64,000 nucleotides of DNA, from positions 186,001 to 250,000 of the forward strand of contig JAXLNO010006177.1 of the NCBI GenBank assembly GCA_038087875.1, given 5' to 3'. This document shows positions 10,498 through 21,724 of this stretch, in pieces. This DNA is from Malacoraja senta. Its lineage: Eukaryota. Position numbers and translations under genes: made by a program. The notes beneath the pieces were generated by a model. The model was not told where the DNA came from and ran no database searches. It was given only the letters and a program-made list of their open reading frames with translations. The first letter of the stretch is position 1; each line of letters begins with the position of its first letter.

Positions 10498-13294
10498 CGA
10501 CCGTATTGATGACAAGCTGGGCAAGCTGCCCTGCTGCTACAAGATCGTTGTCGACCCCGTTGTTGAGCCTGTGATCCGTCCACCACACCGCGTCTCCTTC
10601 GCCATGAAGGACAAGGTGGCGTCAATGCTGCGCGACATGGTTACCATGGGCATCCTGAAGGAAGTGAGCGAACCCACCCGGTGGGTCTCAACCATGCTTG
10701 TTGCGGCGAAAAAGGACAAGAGTGAAATTCGCATTTGCATCAACCCCAAATACCTGAACCTTGCCATCCGACGCCCTCATTACCCCATGCGAACAGTGGA
10801 GGACGTCGCTGCGCAGGTTGGCCCAGCCACTGTCTTCTCGGTTCTCGATGCCAAGAGCTCCTTCTGGCAGATACCGCTGGACGAGCGGTCCTCCTACTTG
10901 ACTACCTTCGGCACACCTTTCGGCAGCTACCGTTTCCTCCGCATGCCATTTGGGATCAACTCTGCCAGCGAGGTCTTCCAGCGGACGATGGAGCAGCTGT
11001 TCATCGGTCTGCCGTGTGCCATCATCGTTGACGACATCCTGGTCTACGGTAAAGACGTTGCTGAGCACGATCTCCACCTCCGTCGAGTCCTGGACCGGGC
11101 CCGCGAAATCAACCTCAAACTAAACCCAAAGAAGTGCCGGTTCCGCGTCCCGGAGGTCACCTATGTGCGCCACGTTTTTACCGCATCGGGGCTGAAGCCC
11201 GACCCGCAGAAGACAGCTGCGGTCTCCGATATGCCTTCGCCCACCGACGTGGCCAGCCTACAACGTTTCCTGGGCATGGTTAATTACTTGGGGAAGTTTA
11301 TCCCCGACCTCAGCGAGCTCAGCGTGCCCCTGAGGGAGTTGATCAAGAAGGACACTGCCTGGGTTTGGTTCCCGCATCACCAGAAAGCTTTTGACGTTCT
11401 GAAGTCCAGGCTGGCCAGTGCCCCCACTCCCCAATTCTTCGATCTGCGGCGTCCCATTGTTCTTACCTGCGACGCCTCCAAGTTCGGTCTTGGTGCTGCC
11501 TGTCTGCAGCTCCACGATGGCCTGCAGCTGCCTGTTTCCTACGCGTCCCGCACCATGACCCCTGCCGAGCAGCGCTATGCTCAGATAGAGAAGGAGCTGC
11601 TTGCTGTGGTGTTTGCCTGCTCCAAGTTCAAGGACTATATTCTGGGAAACAGCTTCACGATCGAGACCGACCATCAGCCGCTGGTCTCTATCCTCAACAA
11701 ACCGATCCACGTTGCCTCGTCCCGTTTGCAGCGCATGATGCTACAGCTCCAGTGTTTTTCGTTTAAAATTGTGTATCGCAAGGGCAAGGACATGTTCGTG
11801 GCCGACACGCTGTCCCGCGCACCACTAACGTCCACTGATCGCCATCCATACGAATCATCCGACCTGATGGTGCGTAACGTCAACATCGTGCCTTCCCAGC
11901 AAATGCAGTCCCTGGTCAGCAACACTGCCAAGGACCCTGCCATGCAGCAGCTTGCCGACGTCATCAGGCAGGGCTGGCCAGACTGTCGTTCATCCTTGCC
12001 GCCTGGGGTCGTGCCCTACTTCCTGGTCCGTGACGAGCTTGTGCTGCACGACGGCGTGGTCGTGAAGGGACACAAGGTCGTTGTGCCTGCTGCCCTGCGG
12101 GACCAATACTTTCATAGCGCCCACGGCAGTCATCCTGGGGCCGAGGCAACCCTGTCTCAGGCCCAGAGTTTGTTCTACTGGCCCGGCATGGCCCAAGACA
12201 TCCGGGATAGGGTCTCCGCTTGCTCTGTCTGCAATAGCCTCGCTCCCCATCAGCAACGGCAGCCGCTTCTGCAACAGCCTGCCCCCGAGCTGCCCTGGAT
12301 GACCGTCGCCGCTGACATTTTTGAGTGGCGTGGAAAGCATTTCCTGGTTCTTGTGGACTCATACTCCAGCTGGTTCGAGGTTGACCAGCTGCACTCCCTC
12401 ACCTCTTCGGCCGTTATCGGCAAGCTGCGCCGCCACTTCGGAACCCATGGCACCCCGGCAAGTCTTCAATCGGACAACGGCGGCCAGTTCTCGAGCGCAG
12501 AATTTCGGAGTTTCGCAGCCAGATGGAACTTCCGACACTACACCAGCAGCCCAGAGTACCCACAAAGCAACGGGTTGGCAGAGCGCGCTGTCCGCAGTGC
12601 TAAGGACTTGCTGGAACATTGTAGACTGTCCCATTCTGATTTTTACTTGGCCCTCCTCAATCTTCGAAACATTTGCCGCGACACTGCCTTGGGCTCCCCA
12701 GCTCAACGGCTGATGTCTCGCACTACGAGACCTCCGATCCCGGTGACCCAGTGCTCCCTCGTTCCCTCTGTCCTCCGTCCCGCTGCCGTCCAGGAGCGCA
12801 ATGCCCTCAAACAAGAAATCCAACGGCGCTCCCACGACAAGTCTTGTTGTCCTCTGCCGCCTCTGCTCTCAGGACAAGTCGTCCTAATGCAATCCCCCTC
12901 CGGTCACCCCAGGCTTGCCATCGTCGTCGGTATTGCTGGTTCGCCGCGGTCCTACCTTGTCGACCATGACGGTACCATTTACCGCCGGACCCGGCAACAT
13001 CTGCGACTTGTTAACGAGCCACCACCGCCGCCTGCGGATCCCTTCCCCCCCCCCCCACTGTCGACAACGCTGCCTGCCCCTCCGGCCAGTCCTCCCTCGC
13101 CTGCCCGTCTTCCCGCTACTGCTCCTGCTTCCCCTGCTCCTTCTCCATTTTCTCGTTCTCCTCCCGGTTCCCCGGTTCCCTCCCCCGCGCCGGCTCCTGC
13201 TCATGCTCCGCCTGCAGAAGGGGGGGATGTCGAAATGCGTACCCGGTCCGGGCGGGTGGTCAGGCCGCCTATCCGTTATGGTGAATTTGTTTAA
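10256..13294 (+). CDS. Gypsy Pol (RT, RNase H, integrase); true homology starts at about 10500
   Basis: LDAKSSFWQI, RMPFGI, IVDDIL (RT); CDASKFGLGA, YAQIEKELLAV (RH); HGSH...CSVC, QSDNGGQF, NGLAERAV (IN); no internal stops. Confidence 0.95.
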   Translation: MRKSLPITPFCIPMGEPSSFQWGGLPCTARYFMPLSPSLFTYWILTTSPVWVPRRARTSAWSLSTAISTKCGSLWTPCTNSDRIDDKLGKLPCCYKIVVDPVVEPVIRPPHRVSFAMKDKVASMLRDMVTMGILKEVSEPTRWVSTMLVAAKKDKSEIRICINPKYLNLAIRRPHYPMRTVEDVAAQVGPATVFSVLDAKSSFWQIPLDERSSYLTTFGTPFGSYRFLRMPFGINSASEVFQRTMEQLFIGLPCAIIVDDILVYGKDVAEHDLHLRRVLDRAREINLKLNPKKCRFRVPEVTYVRHVFTASGLKPDPQKTAAVSDMPSPTDVASLQRFLGMVNYLGKFIPDLSELSVPLRELIKKDTAWVWFPHHQKAFDVLKSRLASAPTPQFFDLRRPIVLTCDASKFGLGAACLQLHDGLQLPVSYASRTMTPAEQRYAQIEKELLAVVFACSKFKDYILGNSFTIETDHQPLVSILNKPIHVASSRLQRMMLQLQCFSFKIVYRKGKDMFVADTLSRAPLTSTDRHPYESSDLMVRNVNIVPSQQMQSLVSNTAKDPAMQQLADVIRQGWPDCRSSLPPGVVPYFLVRDELVLHDGVVVKGHKVVVPAALRDQYFHSAHGSHPGAEATLSQAQSLFYWPGMAQDIRDRVSACSVCNSLAPHQQRQPLLQQPAPELPWMTVAADIFEWRGKHFLVLVDSYSSWFEVDQLHSLTSSAVIGKLRRHFGTHGTPASLQSDNGGQFSSAEFRSFAARWNFRHYTSSPEYPQSNGLAERAVRSAKDLLEHCRLSHSDFYLALLNLRNICRDTALGSPAQRLMSRTTRPPIPVTQCSLVPSVLRPAAVQERNALKQEIQRRSHDKSCCPLPPLLSGQVVLMQSPSGHPRLAIVVGIAGSPRSYLVDHDGTIYRRTRQHLRLVNEPPPPPADPFPPPPLSTTLPAPPASPPSPARLPATAPASPAPSPFSRSPPGSPVPSPAPAPAHAPPAEGGDVEMRTRSGRVVRPPIRYGEFV

Positions 13295-13374
13295 CTGTTT
13301 GCTCACCTGCTCGTAGCGTATGAGACGTGGTCGCCCTGTCACTTCGCATTGCTTATTATTTCCAAGGGGAAGGA

Positions 13375-13586
13375 TGTAGATGATATGTGCATGTACCTTT
13401 AACATAGTGACCTCACCACTACTAACCACTCCCCACATCACTGGTATAATTACAACCTTCCCACCCAGTTCTCTCTCTCTGGTTCCAGTGACAGACCATG
13501 GACAGCTAGGGCAGAGCAGTATGTGTATAATGTGTATTATGAATAAACAGTAGTAAAGAAACAGTGCGTTATGACGCATCTTTACA
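13375..13586 (+). repeat. Gypsy 3' LTR
   Basis: Direct repeat of 8941-9152, preceded by the PPT. Confidence 0.95.
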
Positions 13587-13769
13587 GTTTAGCGCTGTTT
13601 CTCTGCGCTGGCTGTGGGCCTGGGGGGCACTGCACCCGTCTGACTCCCGACCAAAGATCCTATAGCGGAGGATCGTTGCTGCCGACCTCTCTGGCCACCC
13701 GTGGGGGGGGGGGGGGCACTCGGGACAGCTCCGGAGACCCGGCCGGAACCCGGCCCAACTACAGAAGGA

Positions 13770-14230
13770 CCTCTTTTCTCCAAAACTCAACTCCTCTTGT
13801 TATGAAGGCCAACATGCCATTCACTGCCTGTTGTACCTGCATGCTTACTTTCATTAACTGATGAACAAGGAACCCCAGATCCCGTTGTACTTCCCCTTTT
13901 CCCAACTTGACACCATAATCTGCCTTCCAGTTTTTCTACCAAAATGGATAACCTCACATTTATCCACATTAAACTGCATCTGCCATGTATCTGCCCACTC
14001 ACCCAACCTGTCCAAGTCACCCTGCATTTTCATAGCATCCTCCTCGCAGTTCACACTGCCACCCAGCTTAGCGTCATCTGAAAATTTGCTAATGTTACTT
14101 GTAATCCCTTCATCTAAATCATTGATGTATATTGTAAATAGCTGCGGTCCCAGCACCGAGCCTTGCGGTACCCCTGCCTGCCATTCTGAAAGCGACCCGT
14201 TAATCCCTACTCTTTGTTGGCCCTACTAAT
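13770..14230 (-). mobile_element. CR1 RT fragment
   Basis: LGPQLFTIYINDLDEGITSNISKFSDDAKLGG. Confidence 0.85.
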
Positions 14231-14429
14231 ATAATTTTACATGACAGCAACTATGATGAACAGTTTTGGCTCCGGAAATCATGTGGTGGAATAGACAACA
14301 AATAATAGGTGCAGGAGTAGGCCATTCGGCCCTTCGAGCCAGCACCGCCATTCAATGAGATCATGGAGAAGAGAGAAGATAAATAAAAAATGTCAACGAA
14401 ATAGAGCACTTCACAAAAGGGAAATCATA

Positions 14430-14905
14430 TACTTGTGGACAACTTCAGTCTTCATATAGAAAGGAAACAAAATGCTGTATTCACTGGAGTTTAGAAGGAT
14501 GAGGGGGTGGGTCTTATAGAAACATATAAAATTATAAAAGGACTGGACAAACTTGATGCAGGAAAAATGTTCCCAATGTTGGGCGAGTCCAGAACCAGGG
14601 GCCACAGTCTTAGAATAAAGGGGAGGCCATTTAAGACTGAGGTGAGAAAAAATGTTTTCACCCAGAGAGTTGTGAATGTGTGGAATTTCCTGCCACAGAG
14701 GGCAGTGGAGGCCAAATCACTGGATGGATTTAAGAGAGAGTTACATAGAGCTCTAGGGGCTAGTGGAATCAAGGGATATGGGGAGAAGGCAGGCATGGGT
14801 TATTGATTGGGGACAATCAGCCATGATCGCAATAAATGGTGGTGCTGGCTCAAAGGGCCGAATGGCCTCCTGCTGCACCTATTTTCTATGTTTCTACGTT
14901 TCTAT
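14430..14905 (+). mobile_element. CR1 3' end
   Basis: GLIETYKIIKGLDKLDAGKMF...; tail cctattttctatgtttc. Confidence 0.85.
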
Positions 14906-16415
14906 GGATGTTCAGTCACTCTACATCCACATCCCCCACCAGGAGCATCTTAAAGATCTCCGTGTCTTCCTCGACCACAGAACCAACCAATCCCCATCTA
15001 CTGATACTCTCCTCCGCCTCCTCCAACTTTTCCTTTGACTCCTCCCATTTCCTCCAAATCCAAGGCGTAGCTATGGGCAGACGCATGGACCCCAGCTATG
15101 CCTGCCTCATTGTAGACTATGTCAAACAATCCTGGTTCGAGACGTACCGTGGCCCTATCCCCGAACTACCTCCGCTACATTGATGACTGCATTGGTGCTA
15201 CTTCCTGCACTCATGCACAACTCACTGACTTCATCCATTTCACCACTAACTTCCATCCGGCACTCAAATTCACCTGGACCATTTCCGACATCTCCTTCCC
15301 GTTTCTAGACTTCACTATCTCCATCGCCGTTAACAAACTACTGACCGACATCTACTATAAACCCACTGACTCCCATGGCTATCAGGACTACACTTCTTCC
15401 CACCCTGCTTCCTGTAAGGCCTCTATCCCCAATTCCTCCTTCTATGCCGCATCTGCAACCAGGATGAGGTGAGGGCATGGGAGATGTCCTCATTCTTTAG
15501 GGAACAGGGATCCCCTCTTCGACTATAGATGAGGCTCTCACCAGGGTCTCTTCTATACCCCGTAACTCGGCTCTCACTCCCCATCCCCGCACTCGTAACA
15601 AGGACAGAGTCCCCCTTGTCCTCACCTTCCACCCTACCAGCCGTCACATACAACAGATAATCTTGACATTTTCGCCACCTCCAACGGGATTCCATCACTT
15701 GCCACATCTTCCCATCTCCTCCCCTTTCGGTTTTCGGCAGAGACCGCTCCCTCCGTAACTCCCTGGTCAATTCGTCCCTTTCCACCCAAACCACCCCCTC
15801 ACCTGGCACTTTCCCTTGCAACCGCAGGAAATGCTACACTTGTCACTTTACCTCCCCACTTGACTCCATCCAAGGACCTAAGCAGTTTTTCCAGGTGCGG
15901 CAGTGGTTCAACTGCACCTCCTCCAACCTCATCTATTGCATCCGCTGCTCTAGGTGTCAGCTGCTCTACATCCGTGAGACCAAGGGTAGGATTGGCGATC
16001 GCTTCGCCCAACACCTCTGCTCAGTTCGCAATAACCAATCTGATCTCCCGGTGGCTCAGCACTTCAACTTAACCTCCCATTCCGAATCCGACCTTTCTAT
16101 CCTGGGCCTCCTTCATGGCCAGAGTGAGTTCAACCGCAAATTGGAGGAGCAGCACCTCATATTTTGCTGGGGTAGTTTACACCCCAGCGGTATGGATATT
16201 GACCTCCAATTTCAGGAAGTCCTTGCTTTATCTCTCTTTCCCCTCCGCTTCCTAGCTCTCCCACAGCCCACTGTCTCCGCCTCTTTCTTTCTTCTTCCCG
16301 TCCCCCCCCCCACCCCCACATCAGTCTGAAGAAGGGTCTCGACCCGAAACGTCACCTATTACTTCGCTCCATAGATGCTGCCTCACCTGCTGAGTTTCTC
16401 CAACATTTTTGTCCA
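14905..16415 (+). mobile_element. 5'-truncated Penelope-like element (RT plus GIY-YIG endonuclease)
   Basis: MDVQSLY, QIQGVAMG, LRYIDDC, FPFLD, IYYKPTDSH (PLE RT); NLIYCIRCSRCQLLYIRET...RF.QH (GIY-YIG); frameshifted; ends in a hammerhead-bearing terminal repeat. Confidence 0.9.
16322..16356 (+). ncRNA. Minimal type I hammerhead ribozyme motif
   Basis: CTGAAGA-A-GGGTC(TC)GACCC-GAAA-CG-TC: intact core, helix II and the palindromic ACGT helix III typical of PLE hammerheads; helix I is only 2 bp. Confidence 0.7.
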
Positions 16416-17778
16416 CAACAATTTGATTAATATTTTTGGTGATATAAGTTGGTCATTCTAATCATATTAATAATCCTCAAAGCAATACTCTCTTACTTTC
16501 ACATCCTTTATAATGTCCCAAAGTATCCAGCAAAGTGCCTTACATAAATTGGGCATGAACCACACTTCCTTCAAACAGTCACTGTCAGTTTACTGGGGAT
16601 TCAATGTCAGATTCCAATGTCTGACAAAATTCCAGAAGTTAACAACAATTATTATGGAAAGTAATTGTGATTAATGTTAAAAGAAAAAATAGTTCATGAG
16701 CGAACACAAATCTGTGCTCTTGAACCAAAGCCTGCATTGTTCCACCATTGCCCTGGCTACCAATGCACCGTGCCATCACTACAATGCTCCTAATGAAATA
16801 TGGTTACCCTGAAGAAATAGATTGGTTACTTTGGACATACAAAGGTAATCATCATCACGGAGCTCCCGTTGTTCTGTGTAAATTATTCTCTCCTTATTTC
16901 GTAAATTATAACTTATTTCTTCTGTCTCTTTGGTTGTTTCCTCGCTTGTAGATCCCGAAGTCTTTCTGGTGGAGACAACTGGAAAAAGAAAGCCAAAAAT
17001 AAACCTAATTACATTGTTTCAAGTCAGATAAGTGGCTGCCCTGTAAAATATGGAAGTTAGTTACATAATATGCAACATGTTCTATGAATTGAATTTAAAT
17101 GACATGGTGGTAGTCAAATGGTCATTATCTCATATCAATTATTTACTGTAATGCACAGGACTCACTCATTTTGAGTTTCACTTTTACAAACAGAATTACC
17201 TGTTGCTCTTTTGATTCTTTTCACCAACACTGTGCCTTCCTTTGTTTCTTCAGTGGCTCCTCCCAAATCTCTTTTGTCCTCCCCTGTATATGACGTGAGC
17301 TGTGATGAGCCATTTTGTTGAAACTGTGATTCATAAGGACACAAATAAATTGTTTCTACTTCTTCTCGATTATTTCTTCCATCGCATTATTAACTGAGAT
17401 ACTCAACTCAACTAGTAATAGAAGCAGTAACTGCCTAGTGTGCAATATTTCATTGAGCTCTCACCTTTCATACTCTACTCTGAAATGAAGTTTGATATTG
17501 TCAGCAAATGTGGGAAAATGTGGGAACAATTGATCACTTTCAACAATATAAATATATTTGTGAATGTTAGCACCTGACTCCACAGCAGTGATGATGAATT
17601 TTCTAAACAGCAGTAATTTCTGTCATGTAGAAAATAAAATGCTAATGTAGAACCACTGTTAATTCATAAAAGCGTATTCTCACTTCTCCTTTATGCTGGG
17701 AATAATTTCTGTTCTTACCTTTATGACAAGATTTCTTTTGGTATTCTTGCCATTTTCATTCTTAAAAGGAGGCCTAAA

Positions 17779-18040
17779 GGGGGAGGGGCTGAGGCCGCCG
17801 CGTCGCTGAGGGGGAGGGGCTGGGGCTGACGCGTCGCTGAGGGGGAGGGGCTGAGGCCGTCGCGTCGCTGAGGGGGAGGGGCTGAGGCCGACGCGTCGAT
17901 GAGGGGAATGGGCTGAGGCCGTCGCGTCGCTGAGGGGGAGGGGCTGAGGCCGCCGCGTCGCTGAGGGGGAGGGGCTGAGGCCGCCGCGTCGCTGAGGGGG
18001 AGGGGCTGAGGCCGACGCGTCGCTGAGGGGGAGGGGCGGG
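17779..18040. repeat. 31-bp CpG-rich minisatellite, about 8.5 copies
   Basis: Unit gggggaggggctgaggccgccgcgtcgctga with period 31. Confidence 0.95.
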
Positions 18041-18395
18041 GCTTGGGCTCGACGTCAACGTCAGCGCGCATGCAGATATTGCAATGGAGTTGCTGCTGTT
18101 ACAGTGGAGCATCTGTTGCAGGGTACCTGGTGTTGCAGCGGTGCAGAGATTGCAGTGGAGCAGGTTCCTGCATTGAAGCTCCTGCAGTGAAGCAGCTTCT
18201 GTTGTGGAGCAGCCACTGCCACAGTGGAGCTCTTGCTGCTACCACAGTGGAGCATCTCCTGCAGCTGCAGGGAAAGTTCAAGCCTCCACCATCTCCTCAG
18301 GCAGCGTGTCCCAGATTGCAACCACCCTCTGGGTGAGTTTAATCTCATCCACGTCCGGTTTATTGTTCTGTTAGTATAGGCTGGTCTGCAGTTCC

Positions 18396-18930
18396 TTGTT
18401 CCATCATCTTATTCTAATTGGTGACTCCAAATACTACGTTTCCTCATCTGTTCTTGCCCCATCAGAGATATTATCCCCTTTGTTCCACCAATCCACCACA
18501 ACCTCTCTCTACAAGTGAAAAACAACTTGTTTTTGTTGCTGTTTCCTACTCTGGTGAAGGGTCTCTGATCTGAAACTGAACTGTTTCTTTCTCCACAAAT
18601 GCTGTCGAACCTGCTGAATGTTTTTTGAATTTTCTTCCATTTTTATTTCAGATTTTCAGCATGTGCGGTTCTTTGCTTTACACGTTCATTTTGATGTTGT
18701 GACCTGTCAACAATAAATCAAAGGAGATCAGATACGTGGTGTCGTAATCTACTGGAATTCAAGTAACTAGTAAGTGTTTCAATGGGAAGGTCCTGCCTAC
18801 TCGGGATGGGACTCCATTTTAGTTTAGTTTAGAGATACAGCACGGAAACAGGCCCTTCAGCCCACCGAGTCCACGCCGACCAGCGATCCCCACACACAAA
18901 CTATCCCACACACACTAGGGACAATTTACA
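18396..18930 (+). repeat. About 535-bp local direct duplicate of 20293-20828
   Basis: ccatcatcttattc...gggacaatttacact occurs at both positions with scattered substitutions. Confidence 0.9.
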
Positions 18931-20829
18931 CTGAAACCAAGTAGACCATGGGTCGAGGTGCTTTTTCGTTTCATTTCGTGACCCAAATTATGTATTTACC
19001 TGTATTTGTAACAAATTATGTAAACAAATTATATAAATCATACCTGCAAGTGGGCAAGAACAAAACCTGCACATATTTTTAAAATATCAGAAAAACCTTA
19101 AAAGGAGGCCTAAAGATTCTGAATCCTTGGGGAAAAAAAGTGACACGTCAGCTCTGCTTTGGAGAAGCACAGACTGGATCTCAATAGTTTGGAAATGTTG
19201 GATATATCTAAGGTAATTGAGTTTAAAATAAGCAACATATTATAAAAGTAGAAATTAGGAAAAGTAAATTTGCACTTAATGAATAACACATTTGGAAAAA
19301 TATATTCAATTTATCAAATATTCCACCAAGTTAAGAATATAATCTCCCTTGCAACACATTTCATAGGCTAACGGCCAAATTGATTAGAATCAATTATATT
19401 TGAAAAACTGCATTTAATATTTCAAACAGATTTAAATTATGTTGTAGATTTTTTGTCAGAAGTTTAGGTGTCCAATCCTCATCTGAATCGCTAGATTCAT
19501 AAACTTGGGTTTGACGCCTTCTGCTCCAATTTGTCCTGAATTCTGGCTTGGGTACATTTAATCCTGTGAAAAATAAAACATGCTCATCATCTGTTATGGC
19601 CAACTTCAGGTATTTATCTTCATTGAACTCACCAGTGCTAAATATCTGTGGAAACATCACTTTGCAATGTTATCGTTATTACTATTTCCTCCAGAGTATT
19701 CATGCTATTATTCAATTGATCATGTCTACTTGACAAAGACAGCAATCAACCTAAAAATTATTTTTCAGAGTTAAAGAATAATCAACCAGCATGAAGAATA
19801 TGACGGATGAGTATGTGTCTATTTCCAGGTCAGAAATCGCAATAACCAATCTTTCAGTTTCACACATCTGTTTGGTGAGTGAAATAGATCAGAATCCTTC
19901 TTTCCATTCCTCCAGGTTTAAAGTAATGGCTCATTCTTGCTGCCTGTACTGGCAGTGACACTTTGTGCCATGGTTGGGTAAATGGATTGAATAATGAACA
20001 ACCAGGACCATCCACCTCTTCATCAATGGGAACATTGACCTTTGTCCAATCTCTGATTTCAGGACTGTGACTAGTTGAAACATTAAAAAGCGTAACTGGT
20101 CCCAATGTCTCTGGGTTTGTGTTGTCCATGGTCACCATCTTCTGAATGACATCAAGCTTTGGTATTGATTGTAAAGTTAGTCCAATTTGAGATCACTGAT
20201 GGGAATTTTTTGATATTGGTGAGGAAGCTCACCAGGAGAAGTGTTTTACTGAACTAGACTAAGGGGGGTAAGCTGAAGGAGCATAATTACAGTCCCATCA
20301 TCTTATTCAAATTGCTGACTCCAAATACTACGTTTCCACATCTATTCTTGCCCCATCAGAGATATTCTCCCCTTTGTTCCACCAATGCACCACGACTCTC
20401 TCTACAACTGAAAAACCACTTGTTTTTGTTGCTCTTTCCTACTCTGGTGAAGGTTCTCTGATCTGAAACTGAACGGTTTCTTTCACCACAAATGTTGTCT
20501 AACCTGCTGAATGTTTTTTGAATTTTCTTCCATTTTTCTTTCAGATTTTCAGCATCTGCGGTTCTTTGCTTTACACGTTCATTTTGATGTTGTGACCTGC
20601 CAACAACGAATCAAAGGAGATCAGATACGTGGTGTCGTAATCTACTGGGATTCAAGTAACTAGTAAGTGTTTCATTGGGAAGGTTCTGCCTACTCGGGAT
20701 GGGACTCCATTTTAATTTAGTTTAGAAATACAGCACGGAAACAGGCCCTTCAGCCCACCGAGTCCACGCCGACCAGCGATCCCTGCACACTAACACTATC
20801 CCACACACACTTGGGACAATTTACACTCA

Positions 20830-21045
20830 TACCTCACTAAACTTCACCTCACACCTAAGCCTCAACTCACTAAACTGCACCTCGACTAAACTTCCTCAAC
20901 AAAACATCGCACCTCGACTAAATCCTCGCCTCGACTAAACTTTACCTCAACTAAACCCTCAATCGTCTCGACCAAACTTCACCTCAGATAAATTTCACAC
21001 CTCACTAAACCTTGCTTCGATTAAACCCCTCGCTTCAACTAAAAC
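20830..21045. repeat. Degenerate short tandem repeat, about 16-20 bp unit
   Basis: Recurrent cctcgactaaac/cctcactaaac. Confidence 0.7.
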
Positions 21046-21724
21046 TGTCACCCAGGGAATCCGAATCTCATGGACATTAAACATCTTGTGGGGTTGGGGT
21101 GGGATAGGGTAGAGGTGAGGGGTGGGGGAGCAGGCAGGCAAGGAGAGGGGTTATGGAGGGAGGAAGGGAGTGATTGAGGGAGGAGGAGAGGGGAAAGAAG
21201 AGGGAAGGTGAAGATACCTGGTGTGGGCCGAGCCTCGGGGCTGCAGCCGGGCCCGGGCGCTGGGGAGCGGATATAGACACGGACTGGGCCCTGAACGCGG
21301 CTCCGGGCCCTGGGCTGGGGTTCGAGCCGGTGTGGGGTCTTGGGGCTGCTGCTCCGGGCCCACAGGGAGGGAGAGGAGCGGGACCTGGGGCAAGGACTAG
21401 CCAGCAGCCTCGTCTTCTTCCTCCCCCAGACCGCAGCCTCTCCCTCCCATGGCTCCAGACCTGTCAACATGTGACACATGTATGGTCGTGAATAGTCGTC
21501 CAAAGAGTCCTACCTTTTCCTGGTCGCCGCTGGATTTTCAACGTGTTGACGTTGAACTATGACGGGTGCTGGCAGTCGCTGAAAAATATTGCGTACGTGG
21601 GACAGGCCCTTTAGACTGTTGAGGAAGCCTTGTTTATGGGCTCACAGTCGGGTGGGGGCTGTAAAGCTCCACTTGGTTCTAGTTGGATTGTCTGGTCTCT
21701 GTATTGTCTTAGATAGGCGCAAAA

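Larger units (their letters stand above)
8941..13586 (+). mobile_element. Full-length Ty3/Gypsy LTR retrotransposon (no env, no chromodomain seen)
   Basis: Two 212-bp TG...CA LTRs, PBS tggtgtcag at 9153, PPT aaggggaagga at 13364-13374, domain order gag-PR-RT-RH-IN. Confidence 0.97.
16880..20240 (-). pseudogene. Possible remnant of an unidentified multi-exon gene
   Basis: Minus-strand splice signals (donors at 17718, 17464, 17165; acceptors at 17620, 17325, 16979), an open 155-nt segment at 17619-17465 and ORF pieces at 19394-19660 and 19860-20138. No family recognised and the frames do not join cleanly. Confidence 0.3.
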
